From positions 1 to 64,000 of the forward strand of contig KZ538016.1 in assembly GCA_000934665.2 (NCBI GenBank): DNA of 64,000 nt, written 5' to 3'. The stretch is from Catajapyx aquilonaris. Its lineage: Eukaryota. A program made the position numbers and the translations under genes. The notes beneath the pieces were generated by a model. That model did not search any database and was not told the origin of the DNA. It saw only the letters and a program-made list of their open reading frames with translations. Positions within the stretch are counted from its first letter, which is position 1. Every line of letters begins with the position of its first letter. Positions 53,501 through 64,000 of this stretch are shown here, in pieces.

Positions 53501-56500
53501 TCCCGCAGCTTCCATTCACCTTTAGAGGCCCTAATTCCAGCCAAGAAGTTTCCATCTGCTACAATGTACACATGTGCGACACTGCTGTCCACTCGCGCAG
53601 ATATTCCCACACCATGTTAATGAAACACAGTCGCAAGCAGATGCTGCATGCCTGCCCGCGAGAAAACCAAAGTAAAAAAGAAACAACTCGGGGACTTGCA
53701 GGCAAAAAGCTGGCTCTCCGCCCTTGGCCCCTTCTTGCACTTGGGCGCGCCAGACAATAACGCTGCATGGGCAGGCCTAGCTGATCATGCAAGCGAAATA
53801 TCTGCAGACTGCAGGGTGGCCTTGGACCTAGCCTAGTGCTTCAAGAAATGACGGGGCAGGCAGGCAGGCAGGCAAGCACGAACGAGGTAAGAGGAGGGTG
53901 GGTTTTAAGATCAAGAATAGTCGCCGCAAGGCGCTTTCGGGAGACAAAGTCTGGCCAGCCCCAAGAGATGAGGCTAACCTTGAATCAAAACGATGGAGAG
54001 CACCTTTTGCAGGGGCCCCCACTCTTCTTTTTTCCACATCTTATTCCAAAGACCGGACCTACAACTCGCCCGGGCAGTTTGTTGTCTCCATTGTCGACCA
54101 CCCCTCAGCTCTTAGCACCCGAGGCTGGCCTTCAGGCATTGCCACCGGGTTCTTGGCCGGCCCCAAGACTGGTTACATCATGTGCTCCAGAACCAGCTCG
54201 CATGCTGCTAAAACATCAGTACAAAATATTGCTAATTTCATCGCCGAATATTCATGAAAGAACTCATTTAACTGGTGGGAAGGTCGGGTTACGACCCAAT
54301 TCTAAATGGAGTAGAGGTCAGTACTGACCCCCCACAAAGGTCAGTATTTATCTATAACTTCAAGGACCCTTTTTTTGAACTATCTTCACATACCGAATCT
54401 GTAACTGTATACATGCTAGGAAGTGGTCCAAAAACTGGTCTGCGCCATGTTCCCAAATTTCATTGTGCGGGCTCGTAAAACACGGTGCGTGCACGTCCCG
54501 ATGACTTCCTAGAAAACACCGGAATGGGCAACCCCAAATGGCTCCCAGCAAATGGGCGCTACATAAACTACACCTCATCAAGGGAGTGACCACAAAAATG
54601 GGCAATTTCCCTGCCGGCATGCCGTCTTCCCCATCAAATGGCTCGGATGCTTTAACTACTCCTTTTTCTTCCCCCAGCAGCTAGTTGCTCCAGACGTAAT
54701 CATTCTTTTTCTTCCCTCCGGTGCCTTCCTTCACAATTAGCACCGGGGGGAAGCAGGCACAGTGCACATGTCTCCAAAAACCACGCAGCATTCCACCGCT
54801 TTTCTTCTTCCAAAAGCTCCAAAGGGCTTCTAGTGACAAGGGCACGACTTTGGGGCCTCGTAAACAAAACCATAACTCATCGTTTGGAATTGTGGGTAGG
54901 CCCCCAGAAAGATGGGAATAGGTAATGTGTCATTAAACTTGGGGACCCTCTTTCTCTCGTCCATTTTTTTTTTCGGGGACCAAACGAATTGGTTCTTAAC
55001 CGGCACCGGCTTGTATAGGCATTCCCTCTGCGTTATTACAGCAAAATAAACGGGGCTGGTGTGGGAACAAGGCGTGACGTAGTTCCGGAGCCCGTAAGTG
55101 TTTGGGTGGCAATATTTTGCCTGCAATTCGCCTTAAATGACACACCGCGAGCACTTTCGTCGATTCGAAGCTGGGGTAAATGCGTGATATATCGCTACAC
55201 ATATCCGCCCATCATAACAATTTGTCACACTTGGACGGCCTTGCGCCTTGGAATTTAGCCACCGACCCGCGGCATAATGGCTACGAGAGCAGCTCCCCCA
55301 AATAAAAACAGGAGGGTGATAAAAGTACAAGGTCCCAGTAGGATTCAAGATGATGCAAGTCAACGTCACGAAAAAGCCATTCCTCGACCAATCGATTGCC
55401 TAAATCTTTGATTATATTAATCAGGTAAGTGATCCAATTAGGGCTAATGAGCGAAAAACGAGTCCACTGGTTACGTTCTCACCGCCATTTTTCTTCCGGT
55501 CGCGGGGAAAACGTAGCGGTAATGGATGGATGTATCGGCACGAATTAATTGCTAAGCATTATATCTGGTGTCAAGGTGAGCGCCGGCCTAATGAAACGCG
55601 GACAGGTATCCACCTCATTAGTCACACAGGAGGCCTGTCCGACCCGATTTTTTTTCCGTTCTTCAACACGGGAACAAATTTATGGCTACCATATCTCAAA
55701 AGGCGGTGATACCACTTCCAAATCTACCAATTTTTTTTATTATTCTTCTTGGGCTTCCTATACTGGCAGTATCCGCCCCTCTTTTTTTAAAAAAATTGAG
55801 CTGGCTGCCGATTGGACACATGTAATAAGGAAACCGGCAGGCCGTTTCTCAACACTTGATTATTATTGTGTCGATGGCAAAGATTGCGACTATCCGTTAC
55901 TGTCCCCCTCCCCGATGCCAGCAGGCTGTTGTGTTATCACCGCTGTTCTGGGTCCTGTTTTCTGCCGTGCCCTGTGACGACGGGTATTACTCACGACGAG
56001 AGCCCCTGCTGCTGGCCATAGGAGAGGACCAGCCGGACGTGCGCTTAATTCTGACAATCTATCAATGCCAAATAGATTCCTATTCCTCCGCCGGCTGCCT
56101 GCACCGTTAGCCTCAATGCTGTGGTATACGCAGCAGCCAGCCCATAATAGATATTCCCGTACTGTGAAATGTACGCATTGATATGGGGAAGATTATTCCC
56201 GGAGAGTCCGGCTTCCAATCAATATACCTAATGGCCTTCCGCGACCATACCCAACAACACAGACTGGCCCCCTCCCTGCTGGACAACCTTGTTGGTTAAG
56301 TACAGTAGCAGGTTGGCAGACAGGAGAAGAATAGAGGTGGGGGGGAAATCGCCTCGCCTTCTTTCCTTACCACTCATTTGTCTTTCCTGTACTCTCTAGT
56401 CATCCGTGACACTTTCATTACTATGAAATAAATTACGAGGGGGGGGGGGGNNNGGGGGGGCTTGAAAATGTAGGCAACGCTTCGGGTCGGTCAAGAACCA

Positions 56501-57548
56501 CCCAGGGGCGGATGCCATTTTTTTTTCCTTGGCGAATCTAGATCACCTTGGATGCAGGGTGCGAATTGCCAACTAGCTGTACCGGGTTGGTTCATTTGGC
56601 GCCCCTATGTAATCAGTAGGCGAGTATAGATAAATGGGAGCAGAGTTGAAAAAAAAAGGGCGGTAAAAAAATACGTTGTTCGCCATAACACGTCAGATAT
56701 GGTATCTGGCACTATACAGATGACTTTCGTCTGAGACGACTTGATAAATTCTGCACCCTGTTGTCTAACACGTAAGAGAGCATGTGAGAATGAGTCGCGA
56801 AGGAGAGAAAACCATGTTTTTTCCCCTGCGTGTTAGACGTTGACTATGGACTCGCCAGAGATGACATGGGGTCAGAAAATTATGAGTATATGAAGCGGCA
56901 TGTTCAATGGAGTGTGACAGAAGCTGCTTCAGAATTATTATGTCAATCAAGTTCTGCAGGTTGTGATGTCATACAAGATCATGCATTGGCAAGTGAGTTT
57001 GCTGTGTCATATCGGCTTGGATGGTTGATTGGCTCAAGGACGTGCCGCAAGGTTTAAGTTTCTAATTCATGCCTTGTGGACAAGGTGTACATATTTGTAG
57101 CACCCTACATAATTCACACACACACAGCCTTCTTCGCAACTGTGTTTTTTCTGTGTTACTGTACAATATATAAGCGGCTAAAACAATGTGGAGCAAGAAC
57201 GAGGCTACCATACAATTCAAACTATGCACAGGACTCCCTAAATCAACTGCAGGACAAGAATCTAATATCCTTGGCTGTCATCGATACTGTGCACTTTGTG
57301 AAGCTCTACTATTGAACTAGGCCTCAAATGACAGTATTCTCCTTCTGAATAGAAAAAAAGGGCCAAACGTCGATGAGATTTGACTTTTTCCGTGAGCCAA
57401 GGTATTACCGTCAAGTAAGTCATTCATGTGCATTTTTCCAGACGACGAAAGTAGTGGTGGGTTTACCGTAAAAGAAATCTTTTAATGATGTGTCCCAACT
57501 TCTTGCAATAAAAGAATTCAATATGCCTGTTCCTGCTATATACTTGCT

Positions 57549-57618
<70 letters not shown>

Positions 57619-60600
57619 TGATTGGCACTTTCAATTACAAAACAAGCAGTGGGTATAATGGCAACAGACACCTTACCTTTCGCTTAGTCGAAGACCCAGC
57701 GTCAAACCGCTGCTTGAACTCCTCCAGCACCTTGACCAGCTTGTCATAGTCCTCCTGATCTTTGGCCAAGAGCAGGTAGGCCCTCCAGTGGTCTGAATCA
57801 AACCCCCAGTGGCAAGTCCGATGCTCCAACGCCCTGTGGGCATGGCAGACAAACTTCTGTGGTGAGAACACGCCATGGCACTCTAAACACTCGATGCACC
57901 GCGACCCCGAGTGTGAGTAAATGTCTGGCAGGCATACACCCTGGCACTTGCCGAAGCACTCATGGTACACCTTGAAACTGAACCCCGGATTGCCACTGCA
58001 CTTGAGCTGCGACAACCTCGGTGCGCTCCGGTGCAGAAGCGCACTACACAGTCTTTCAGCATCTGTCTTTGTGATAAGTCCACAAGAAGGTGCTGTCATG
58101 GGCAGCACCTTTGTCACCTTCAGCACCTCAAGCTGATCAGGATTGCAGCGAGAACAAAATATCTGCAGCTCATCACACACCTGGTTGATCTGTGCAAGTG
58201 TGAAATCTTGCAGCACACTGTTCAATATTTGGGGGAGACATAGGCGACGCTCACCTCCCACTATGAAGCAGGAGATGGCCTCGCCTTCTAAGACCGTCTC
58301 GCATCGCTCACTGCGAGACTGGTCTGGAGCTGTCAAGATGGGCAGCTGCTGGATGGGAAATGGTGGAGGGGTAAGGAACGGCTCATACTCGCTTGATGTC
58401 TCCGTTGTGACTGGTACAGAAGAGCTAGTCACAGCTGCACAGTTGTTGCTGGCACTCGACGTGCTGGCATTCGAGATTGTGCTGCTGGTGGTCGTTGACG
58501 GCTTGGAGGACCCACCACTTGTGGATGTCGCTTCTTTCACTGGGGATTCCACTGGGCAACTCACTGGTAGCCTGAAAAATGAGACAGAAATGTGGGGCAT
58601 TACATAAAAGATGGTTTTAGATAACGTTTCTTGGCACAATTCATTGGCCCGAGTCAATCATTCTCAGAATTTTCACACGAACGTTGAAATTGTGGCAACA
58701 TCCTCGTCCCTGGCAAAAATAGATAAAGATGCTCCTTGCTCATTCAGTCTAAAGTGTTGTAACTACCCATGTATGGAATGACAATCTCCTCATTCACCCT
58801 CACATTTCCAAAAAGAATGGGACGTCTCACACTGGTTCTCAGGGACAAAAATTGCCCAGATAAATGCAGTATTACGAGATGATACTATTTTACAGTGCTT
58901 TATGTAATCTCCAGGGACTACACAGTACATTTTCATGTTATCAGTGATATACTAACTTCAGTGGTTAGTATCAACATGTCCAGCCTTAGTGCATGTCAAT
59001 ATAAAGTGCAGTGTTGTTACAGGGGGCTTTTTTGCTTGCAAATCGTTAATATGTAAGCCAATTAGCCGATGGACCGTGGATGTAAAGGGTGGAGTCTTAC
59101 ATCCGGGCTGTTAGGCAGCCCCGCCGAACAAATAGGTCCGCCTGGTTGCTATAAAGAGCTAGGATAAACCCATCCGATGAATTTTATCGCACCCTGTTGC
59201 CAAGGGAGTACAAACCACACGAGAAAAGAAGGTTCCCTCTGAAGTTGTAATTAGAACACAGAGGCCTAGATGAACCTCTTTTGACAAGCACTTCACAACC
59301 CGACATTTACCACCCCAGTTGAAAAACCCATAACTCAAATTTCATAAGGACATGTCGAGTAGTAAGAGGGGTGACTTAATTCTGTGCAATCCTTACAAAT
59401 TATACTGATGCGCCTTATAAAATTTCCATCAACACCTGCTGCTATACTATTCCGGAGCACAAACAATGTAAATATATCGTCAGCTTAGTCCGGACACAAT
59501 GGCTAGACTGCAGGAATGTAATAATACAACACAACAAGAGTCCGCTCAAAAAAAGATGACGAGCCACGTACGTATCACACCGAGAAGGGAACGGTAACGA
59601 CTTGTTTACAAAACACTGCGGATACAATAACCCGCCAGAATCGGGTTAAAACCAGACTTCTTCGGCACGGACGGATATAATCTTACGCATTCTCAGCTTA
59701 CTAATGATGTAACGAAGAATCAATTTGCGATTAACCAGCACTCTTTTTTAGGCCAACCAGCAGGTTGAAAACAGACACCAACCAAATGGGACCCAACATC
59801 TTCACTGTAATTATGAAAGGCTTAAAACGTTGAGGATAACAATCTGAACTTGTGAAAACGTGCAGAATTATTATATTGAAATTCAGTTGTAATTTACGTG
59901 CTTTTATGCACGATTTATGGATTTTGACAGTTTACGACTGATGCGGATTTATATGAAAACAAAGACAGATTTTCACAAATGTGCCGGATTTACAGATATG
60001 TTTTCCTCTCGCCAAAACGTCTCCTGTTTTTTTTTACACGTACTCGACACGCAGACTGGCAGACACATGTTTGCGAAAAAACGAATGGTTTCCTGGAAGT
60101 TGCAACTAACACCCTCCCAGTCTCAGCACCTGCCTTTCGACTTCCAACTAGTCTGGCCCTGCTAAAACGCCCTTCGAAGGTCAATGGTATCTCTGTCCAC
60201 GCAGGCAGCCAAACCATTGTTGAATATTGCAGCTCATCGACCCCATTCCCCGGTGACAGCACGTGCCTATGGGTGTGTCACCACCTCCTTTTAATTGCAA
60301 CCCCCGCAGATTATGTGGTCTATTTCCAACCCCTCTTTGAATATGGCAGATTTATAGAAAATCGGTGATCGTATTATTAATATTATCCCCTCCTACTATT
60401 GCAACCTCCTGTCTCATATATAGTGTTACAAGTTGGCGATCGATTTTGCGGACTCGGTACTGGCAACACGCCCACACCCTTCCGAATGTTAAAAAACAAA
60501 AAACACATACAGTGCAGGTTGGTTCACGACCCTGGTCGTCCCCATTTTTTTTTTTCTTTCTCAATGTATATTCCTCTGGTCCTTCTTCTCACGCCACAAC

Positions 60601-61432
60601 TCAAGATCGTTACACTTGCCGTCCTCCGGTAACTACCTCCTGTCTCTCTACAACCCATGTGGCGTACCACGGAGATGCGAAAAAAATTAATTTTATGAGC
60701 ACCTTGTACGTACAGTGGATCGCCTTGGAAGTCATTTATACATCAACACGAATTACGTGATTGCGCTAAGTACAACTCGGTCAAACGAGACTGGTTGCAC
60801 CATTGAATCTGCACAAACTGGCGGTTAGCTAACGGTAGTTTATATCATATCAGTTGAGTTCGCCTGAAGGGTTTGTCCTTGTTAATCGGTTCGGCTCATT
60901 GTTGCCAGCAAATAACAAGGACATGCCTAGTTGCGCAATTGTCTGTAACAATTACCCGCAAAAATATGTGCGATGGTGCACCTCGCGATATTGAGGTGGG
61001 AATTTTCGTGCCACTGCTAGTTACTGCTAACTTGGCAGTACCACTGCTAAATTAGCAGTAACTAGCAGTGATAAGAAAATTACACTCATTGTTTATTGCA
61101 AGCAGTTTACTCGCGTAATCACCTTACAGGGTTCAGGTGGATTGTTCGCAAACACATGTGCGTATAACAACCGGAGTGATGACACGGGGTGTATTGTACC
61201 TGTTTCCGTCTGCTCCTCCTGTGGATGTACCGGCGACCGGAGTAGGGGTGGAGGGAGGCTCCTTCTTGACCTGTTCTGGGTCTAGCAGCCTCCTATCGTC
61301 GACCAAGAGGCAGCTGGGTCCTGACAGACTGTTCCCGGCCGTCAACTGGTAGCTCTTGAGCACCTTCTTCAGGTGCGGGCTGTACGGCTGCTTCTTCTTG
61401 TCCTGTTGCTGCAACTGCACGGCCGTATCCAT
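18537..61432 (-). CDS. Snoo: Ski/SnoN family TGF-beta/Smad co-repressor (Sno oncogene ortholog), 7 core exons, ~719 aa
   Basis: Exons (minus): 61432-61200, 58571-57677, 21387-21164, 20726-20546, 20213-20042, 19197-18929, 18722-18537. All GT-AG, with phases 2,0,2,0,1,0 consistent. N-terminal R-Smad-binding motif [17 protein letters not shown], Ski/Sno/Dac domain, SAND-like Smad4-binding domain, AIRPWSP motif, C-terminal coiled coil. Confidence 0.9.
19247..19424. mobile_element. TA-flanked MITE (pogo/Tigger-like CAGT ends) in a Ski intron
   Basis: TA-CAGTTTACTCTGGATATAAGAG ... CTCTTTTATCCAGAGTAGGACTG-TA: ~22 bp imperfect TIRs with TA duplication; 178 bp. Confidence 0.75.
31762..31794 (-). CDS. 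Candidate 33-nt Ski microexon / recursive-splicing exon ([11 protein letters not shown])
   Basis: Minus strand reads TTTTTTTCTCTCTTTGCAG|GTAAGCGATTCCACTGGCAGAGTCACTCTAGCA|GTAAGT: phase 0/0, matching the host intron, with no stop codon. Confidence 0.6.
40655..40698. other. Assembly gap (run of N) next to a poly-C tract
   Basis: 44 N after a C14 run. Shorter Ns also occur next to G/C runs (14792, 21680, 42712, 44085, 56451-56453). Confidence 0.95.
44526..44583 (+). repeat. (CT)n microsatellite
   Basis: Direct dinucleotide run; similar runs at ~21650-21679 and ~57550-57616. Confidence 0.9.
57550..57616 (+). repeat. (CT)n/(GA)n microsatellite ~60 bp inside the Ski exon-2 donor
   Basis: Direct dinucleotide run. 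Confidence 0.9.
57677..58571 (-). CDS. Snoo: Ski/SnoN exon 2: Ski/Sno/Dac homology domain plus SAND-like Smad4-binding domain
   Basis: [30 protein letters not shown]...[13 protein letters not shown]...[14 protein letters not shown], then [13 protein letters not shown]...[21 protein letters not shown]...TCHWGFDS. Acceptor TTTTTCAG, donor AAG|GTAAGG. Confidence 0.95.
61012..61070. repeat. Hairpin-forming inverted repeat (19-bp perfect arms) in Ski intron 1
   Basis: CACTGCTAGTTACTGCTAA ... TTAGCAGTAACTAGCAGTG, with an inner partial stem TTGGCAGT/ACTGCTAA. Confidence 0.8.
61200..61432 (-). CDS. Snoo: Ski/SnoN coding exon 1 (R-Smad-binding N-terminus)
   Basis: [39 protein letters not shown]...VKKEP. 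Donor AG|GTACAA at 61200 is phase 2, matching the exon-2 acceptor. Confidence 0.85.
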
Positions 61433-61899
61433 CACGCGCACTACTGGGTCTCACACTCACACACACTCAACTGGATGGTCAGTCCATGGCCAGCCCTTGG
61501 GGCGACCTCCAGCGACGCCTGGCCCGCATAGGACTGCAGCGTCGCATCACCGTCTTCTTGTCCTCCTCACCATCGTTATAACTAGGCCTAGCTCCTCCGA
61601 CCTCCTGATACCTACTACGCCCGCCCCTGGCGAGTGTCTGCGGTGGGAGCCCCTCTCCTCGGCACCCTCCACCGCCCCTCAACCCCCGCACACAGCCAAC
61701 CGTCTAGTCCCGACGGTGCTGCCCTCACACGACGCACGCGGGCGGCGACGGGCGTCAAACGGGCTGGATCGCAAACGCACCACCCTACGCCCTACAAGCC
61801 AGCCTTTCAGTAGTACACTTCGCCCGGGTCATGACGGTGGGGGACCGGCCACCAGCGGAAAGTCCGGGGTTGTCTGGCCTGCGTCTGGGGCTAGCTTGG

Positions 61900-62230
61900 A
61901 AGTTTTTGGAGGTGGCGGGGCGGGCGATGGAGGGAGAGAGGCTGTGACGTCAGGCGACGCAGCAGGACCCGCCGTCAAAATGCGACTCAGGCCGGGTGGG
62001 GTCAAAACGCGGTCTCACCCAATAGGGTGGCAGGATTGAATTGACAGCCAATAGCATGGCTGGATTGAATTGACAGTAAATAGCATAGCTGGATCAAAAC
62101 TGACAGCCAATAGCATAGCTGGATCAAAACTGACAGCCAATAGCGATTTAGTAGTCAATCGACCAATAGGAAAAGGCCTACTGTCGTCATTTGGCAATTG
62201 GGCTTGTGACGTCACGACCATTCACGTAAT
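61900..62230 (-). promoter_or_regulatory. Putative Ski/SnoN promoter: GC boxes, two CRE palindromes and multiple CCAAT boxes
   Basis: TGACGTCA at 61945-61952 and 62207-62214; GGCGGGGCGGGCG at ~61914-61926; CCAAT at ~62019, inside the tandem repeat, and at ~62163; GC-rich leader running down to the ATG. Confidence 0.55.
62033..62144 (+). repeat. Tandem repeat, ~3.8 x 29-30 bp, each unit carrying TGACAG followed by CCAAT (or a variant)
   Basis: Units start at 62033, 62062, 62091 and 62121: GGATTGAATTGACAGCCAATAGCATGGCT / GGATTGAATTGACAGTAAATAGCATAGCT / GGATCAAAACTGACAGCCAATAGCATAGCT / GGATCAAAACTGACAGCCAATAGC. Confidence 0.9.
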
Positions 62231-64000
62231 GAGTGATGGCGAGTGTGTCCTCATTTTCTCCAGTGTTCGGGGCCATTCAGAGCCAAGTATGAGCAGTCGG
62301 GTTGAGGAAATGAATTCCGTTGAAGGACGTAGACTACTGGAGACGAGGACGGGTGGGTACCGTGGGGGGAGATCCGTCTGCGGTTGCGCTGCGCCTAAAT
62401 AAACAAGCGAGTCAATGTTTACATCATGTCTAACCATGCAGGGTGTCGATGAATCACGTATCCTGGATGGAATGCAGACTATACACTCAGCATTGCTCCA
62501 CATTGACAACTGGTAAGAAAGGACACGGCCGCTCCCCCCGGCACACAGATGGCCAACAAGCCAGGAAATTCGGCCCATTAGGCCCGCAGTTTGTAGCCTT
62601 TTGCCGAGCATAAAATATCCGAAGCAGAACCCCCCATCCCAACCAATGCCATCTGCAGTTTGGCTCGTATATATAGCTCCCCATGCTATGGGAACACACA
62701 CGACACACTGACCCTGCCCACCTATGACAGAGGGGGGGTTCCCTTTCCAATGTTGATGCTGCAAATATTTGCATAGCCTTTCAATTTGCATAAACACCAG
62801 GACCCCCAAGTTCTGACACGCCGTTCGATCTGAGTGTCATGGTTACATCTGCAAAATGTCGATCGGCCCCCGTAAAGTGTGACGCACAACCCGCATTTCG
62901 CCATCTCTCCTTTTTTCCCCGAGACAATCGGAATCGAAGGTTATCTGCAGGAGAAGATCTGTCCTTTGGCAGGGAGAGAAATATAATAATATAGGGGCTT
63001 GCATCTGACATCGATCCTGTGTCTAAAAATGGCGTTCCTAGAAGCAGCAGCCGGGTGTGTTATGTCAACTGGTATATATGGTCATGCCTCGATTGGCTCC
63101 ATGATATTAAATGCGCCTTCTATCTGAATAAACACTGCTTGGATAGGTCGAAATGTGACTAGTTGTGCCAGTACATATCAAAGTCCAACTGGTCGGATTC
63201 ATTTGTAAACATGATTCGGCCTCGAAGGTCACCGGTTTGACGCCGTACCGTCAAGAGGACACGTGAACTGGTTTGGTGGAAAATTGATCAGCCGAGAAGC
63301 TGGATGGGAGATAAGTCTTTTCATCTGACCAAAAGACTTCCGGGTAGGATTCGCTTCTCTGACAGTGAAAAAGTGCGTCTGTCCGATGTAAATGAGGTCA
63401 GGATTGAGAAACAACACGGACGGAGTGGGGCACGTACTGTATCGGCAGCGAGCGAGAAGCCCAAAACGTGCCCCGATAGCGCAAACCCGGCGACAAAAAA
63501 GTGCTTATGTGCAACAAATTCCTCCAGTCGGCAGCAGGAAAAGCCAGCCTCAACTGGTATCAATGTGCAAAAACTGCAAACCGACATACAGTCGCCTCTC
63601 GCACAGCAATGTGCCACGCTGTAAATGTACAGCACGCTGCACCTGCCTGATCATCGGCATGCAATAAAACGACGATTTGTCACTGACAGACAGGCCTCTT
63701 CAACTTGGGGCGATAACCTGCAGGGACTATGATCCGGCCCTGAATAGGTGGTGGAATAGAGTCTAGAGATAGAGAATAAATAGGGGGGGGGGGGGGGGGA
63801 ATAAGCTGACTCTCTGATCTTTCGACTGTCTGATTACTTCAGTGTTCCCGTCTGCTGTACATGGATAAGAAAATGTACGATGATTGCATATTACGGCACT
63901 ATTTTAAGAGACGGACTTCACCCGACGTAATCTGTGATGTGGCAGCACTAATTTGGAAGGGACAAACCTGGAGTCCTGGTTATAATTATCTGGGAGAAAA

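Noticed and set aside
62033..62144. CRISPR-like array
   Set aside because: Contiguous tandem units with no unique spacers, no cas genes, and a eukaryotic context.

Overview
Eukaryotic genomic DNA, most likely arthropod (Lm1-type tRNA SINE, DRE promoter motif, Snoo-type Ski N-terminus). It is not prokaryotic, and I see no CRISPR, rRNA or intact transposase. Four protein-coding genes could be assembled with phase-consistent splice sites. (1) ARMC9, a LisH/armadillo ciliary gene: minus strand, at least 9 exons, one GC-AG intron, 3' end unresolved. (2) A 16-finger C2H2 zinc-finger gene with a single coding exon: plus strand, head-to-head with ARMC9. (3) The mitochondrial DEAD-box helicase DDX28: minus strand, 6 exons, tail-to-tail with the ZNF gene. 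(4) A Ski/SnoN (Snoo) TGF-beta co-repressor: minus strand, 18537-61432, with a 36.3 kb second intron. The most interesting signal is inside that intron: a candidate recursive-splicing (ratchet) site, polypyrimidine-CAG|GTAAGC, which opens an in-frame 33-nt microexon closed by GTAAGT. Other signals are a pair of long back-to-back hairpins at about 11.9 kb, a full-length SINE with a target-site duplication, TA-flanked MITEs, a TGACAG+CCAAT tandem repeat upstream of Ski, and a possible UGA-C readthrough on Ski. All homology calls come from motif recognition; no searches were run.
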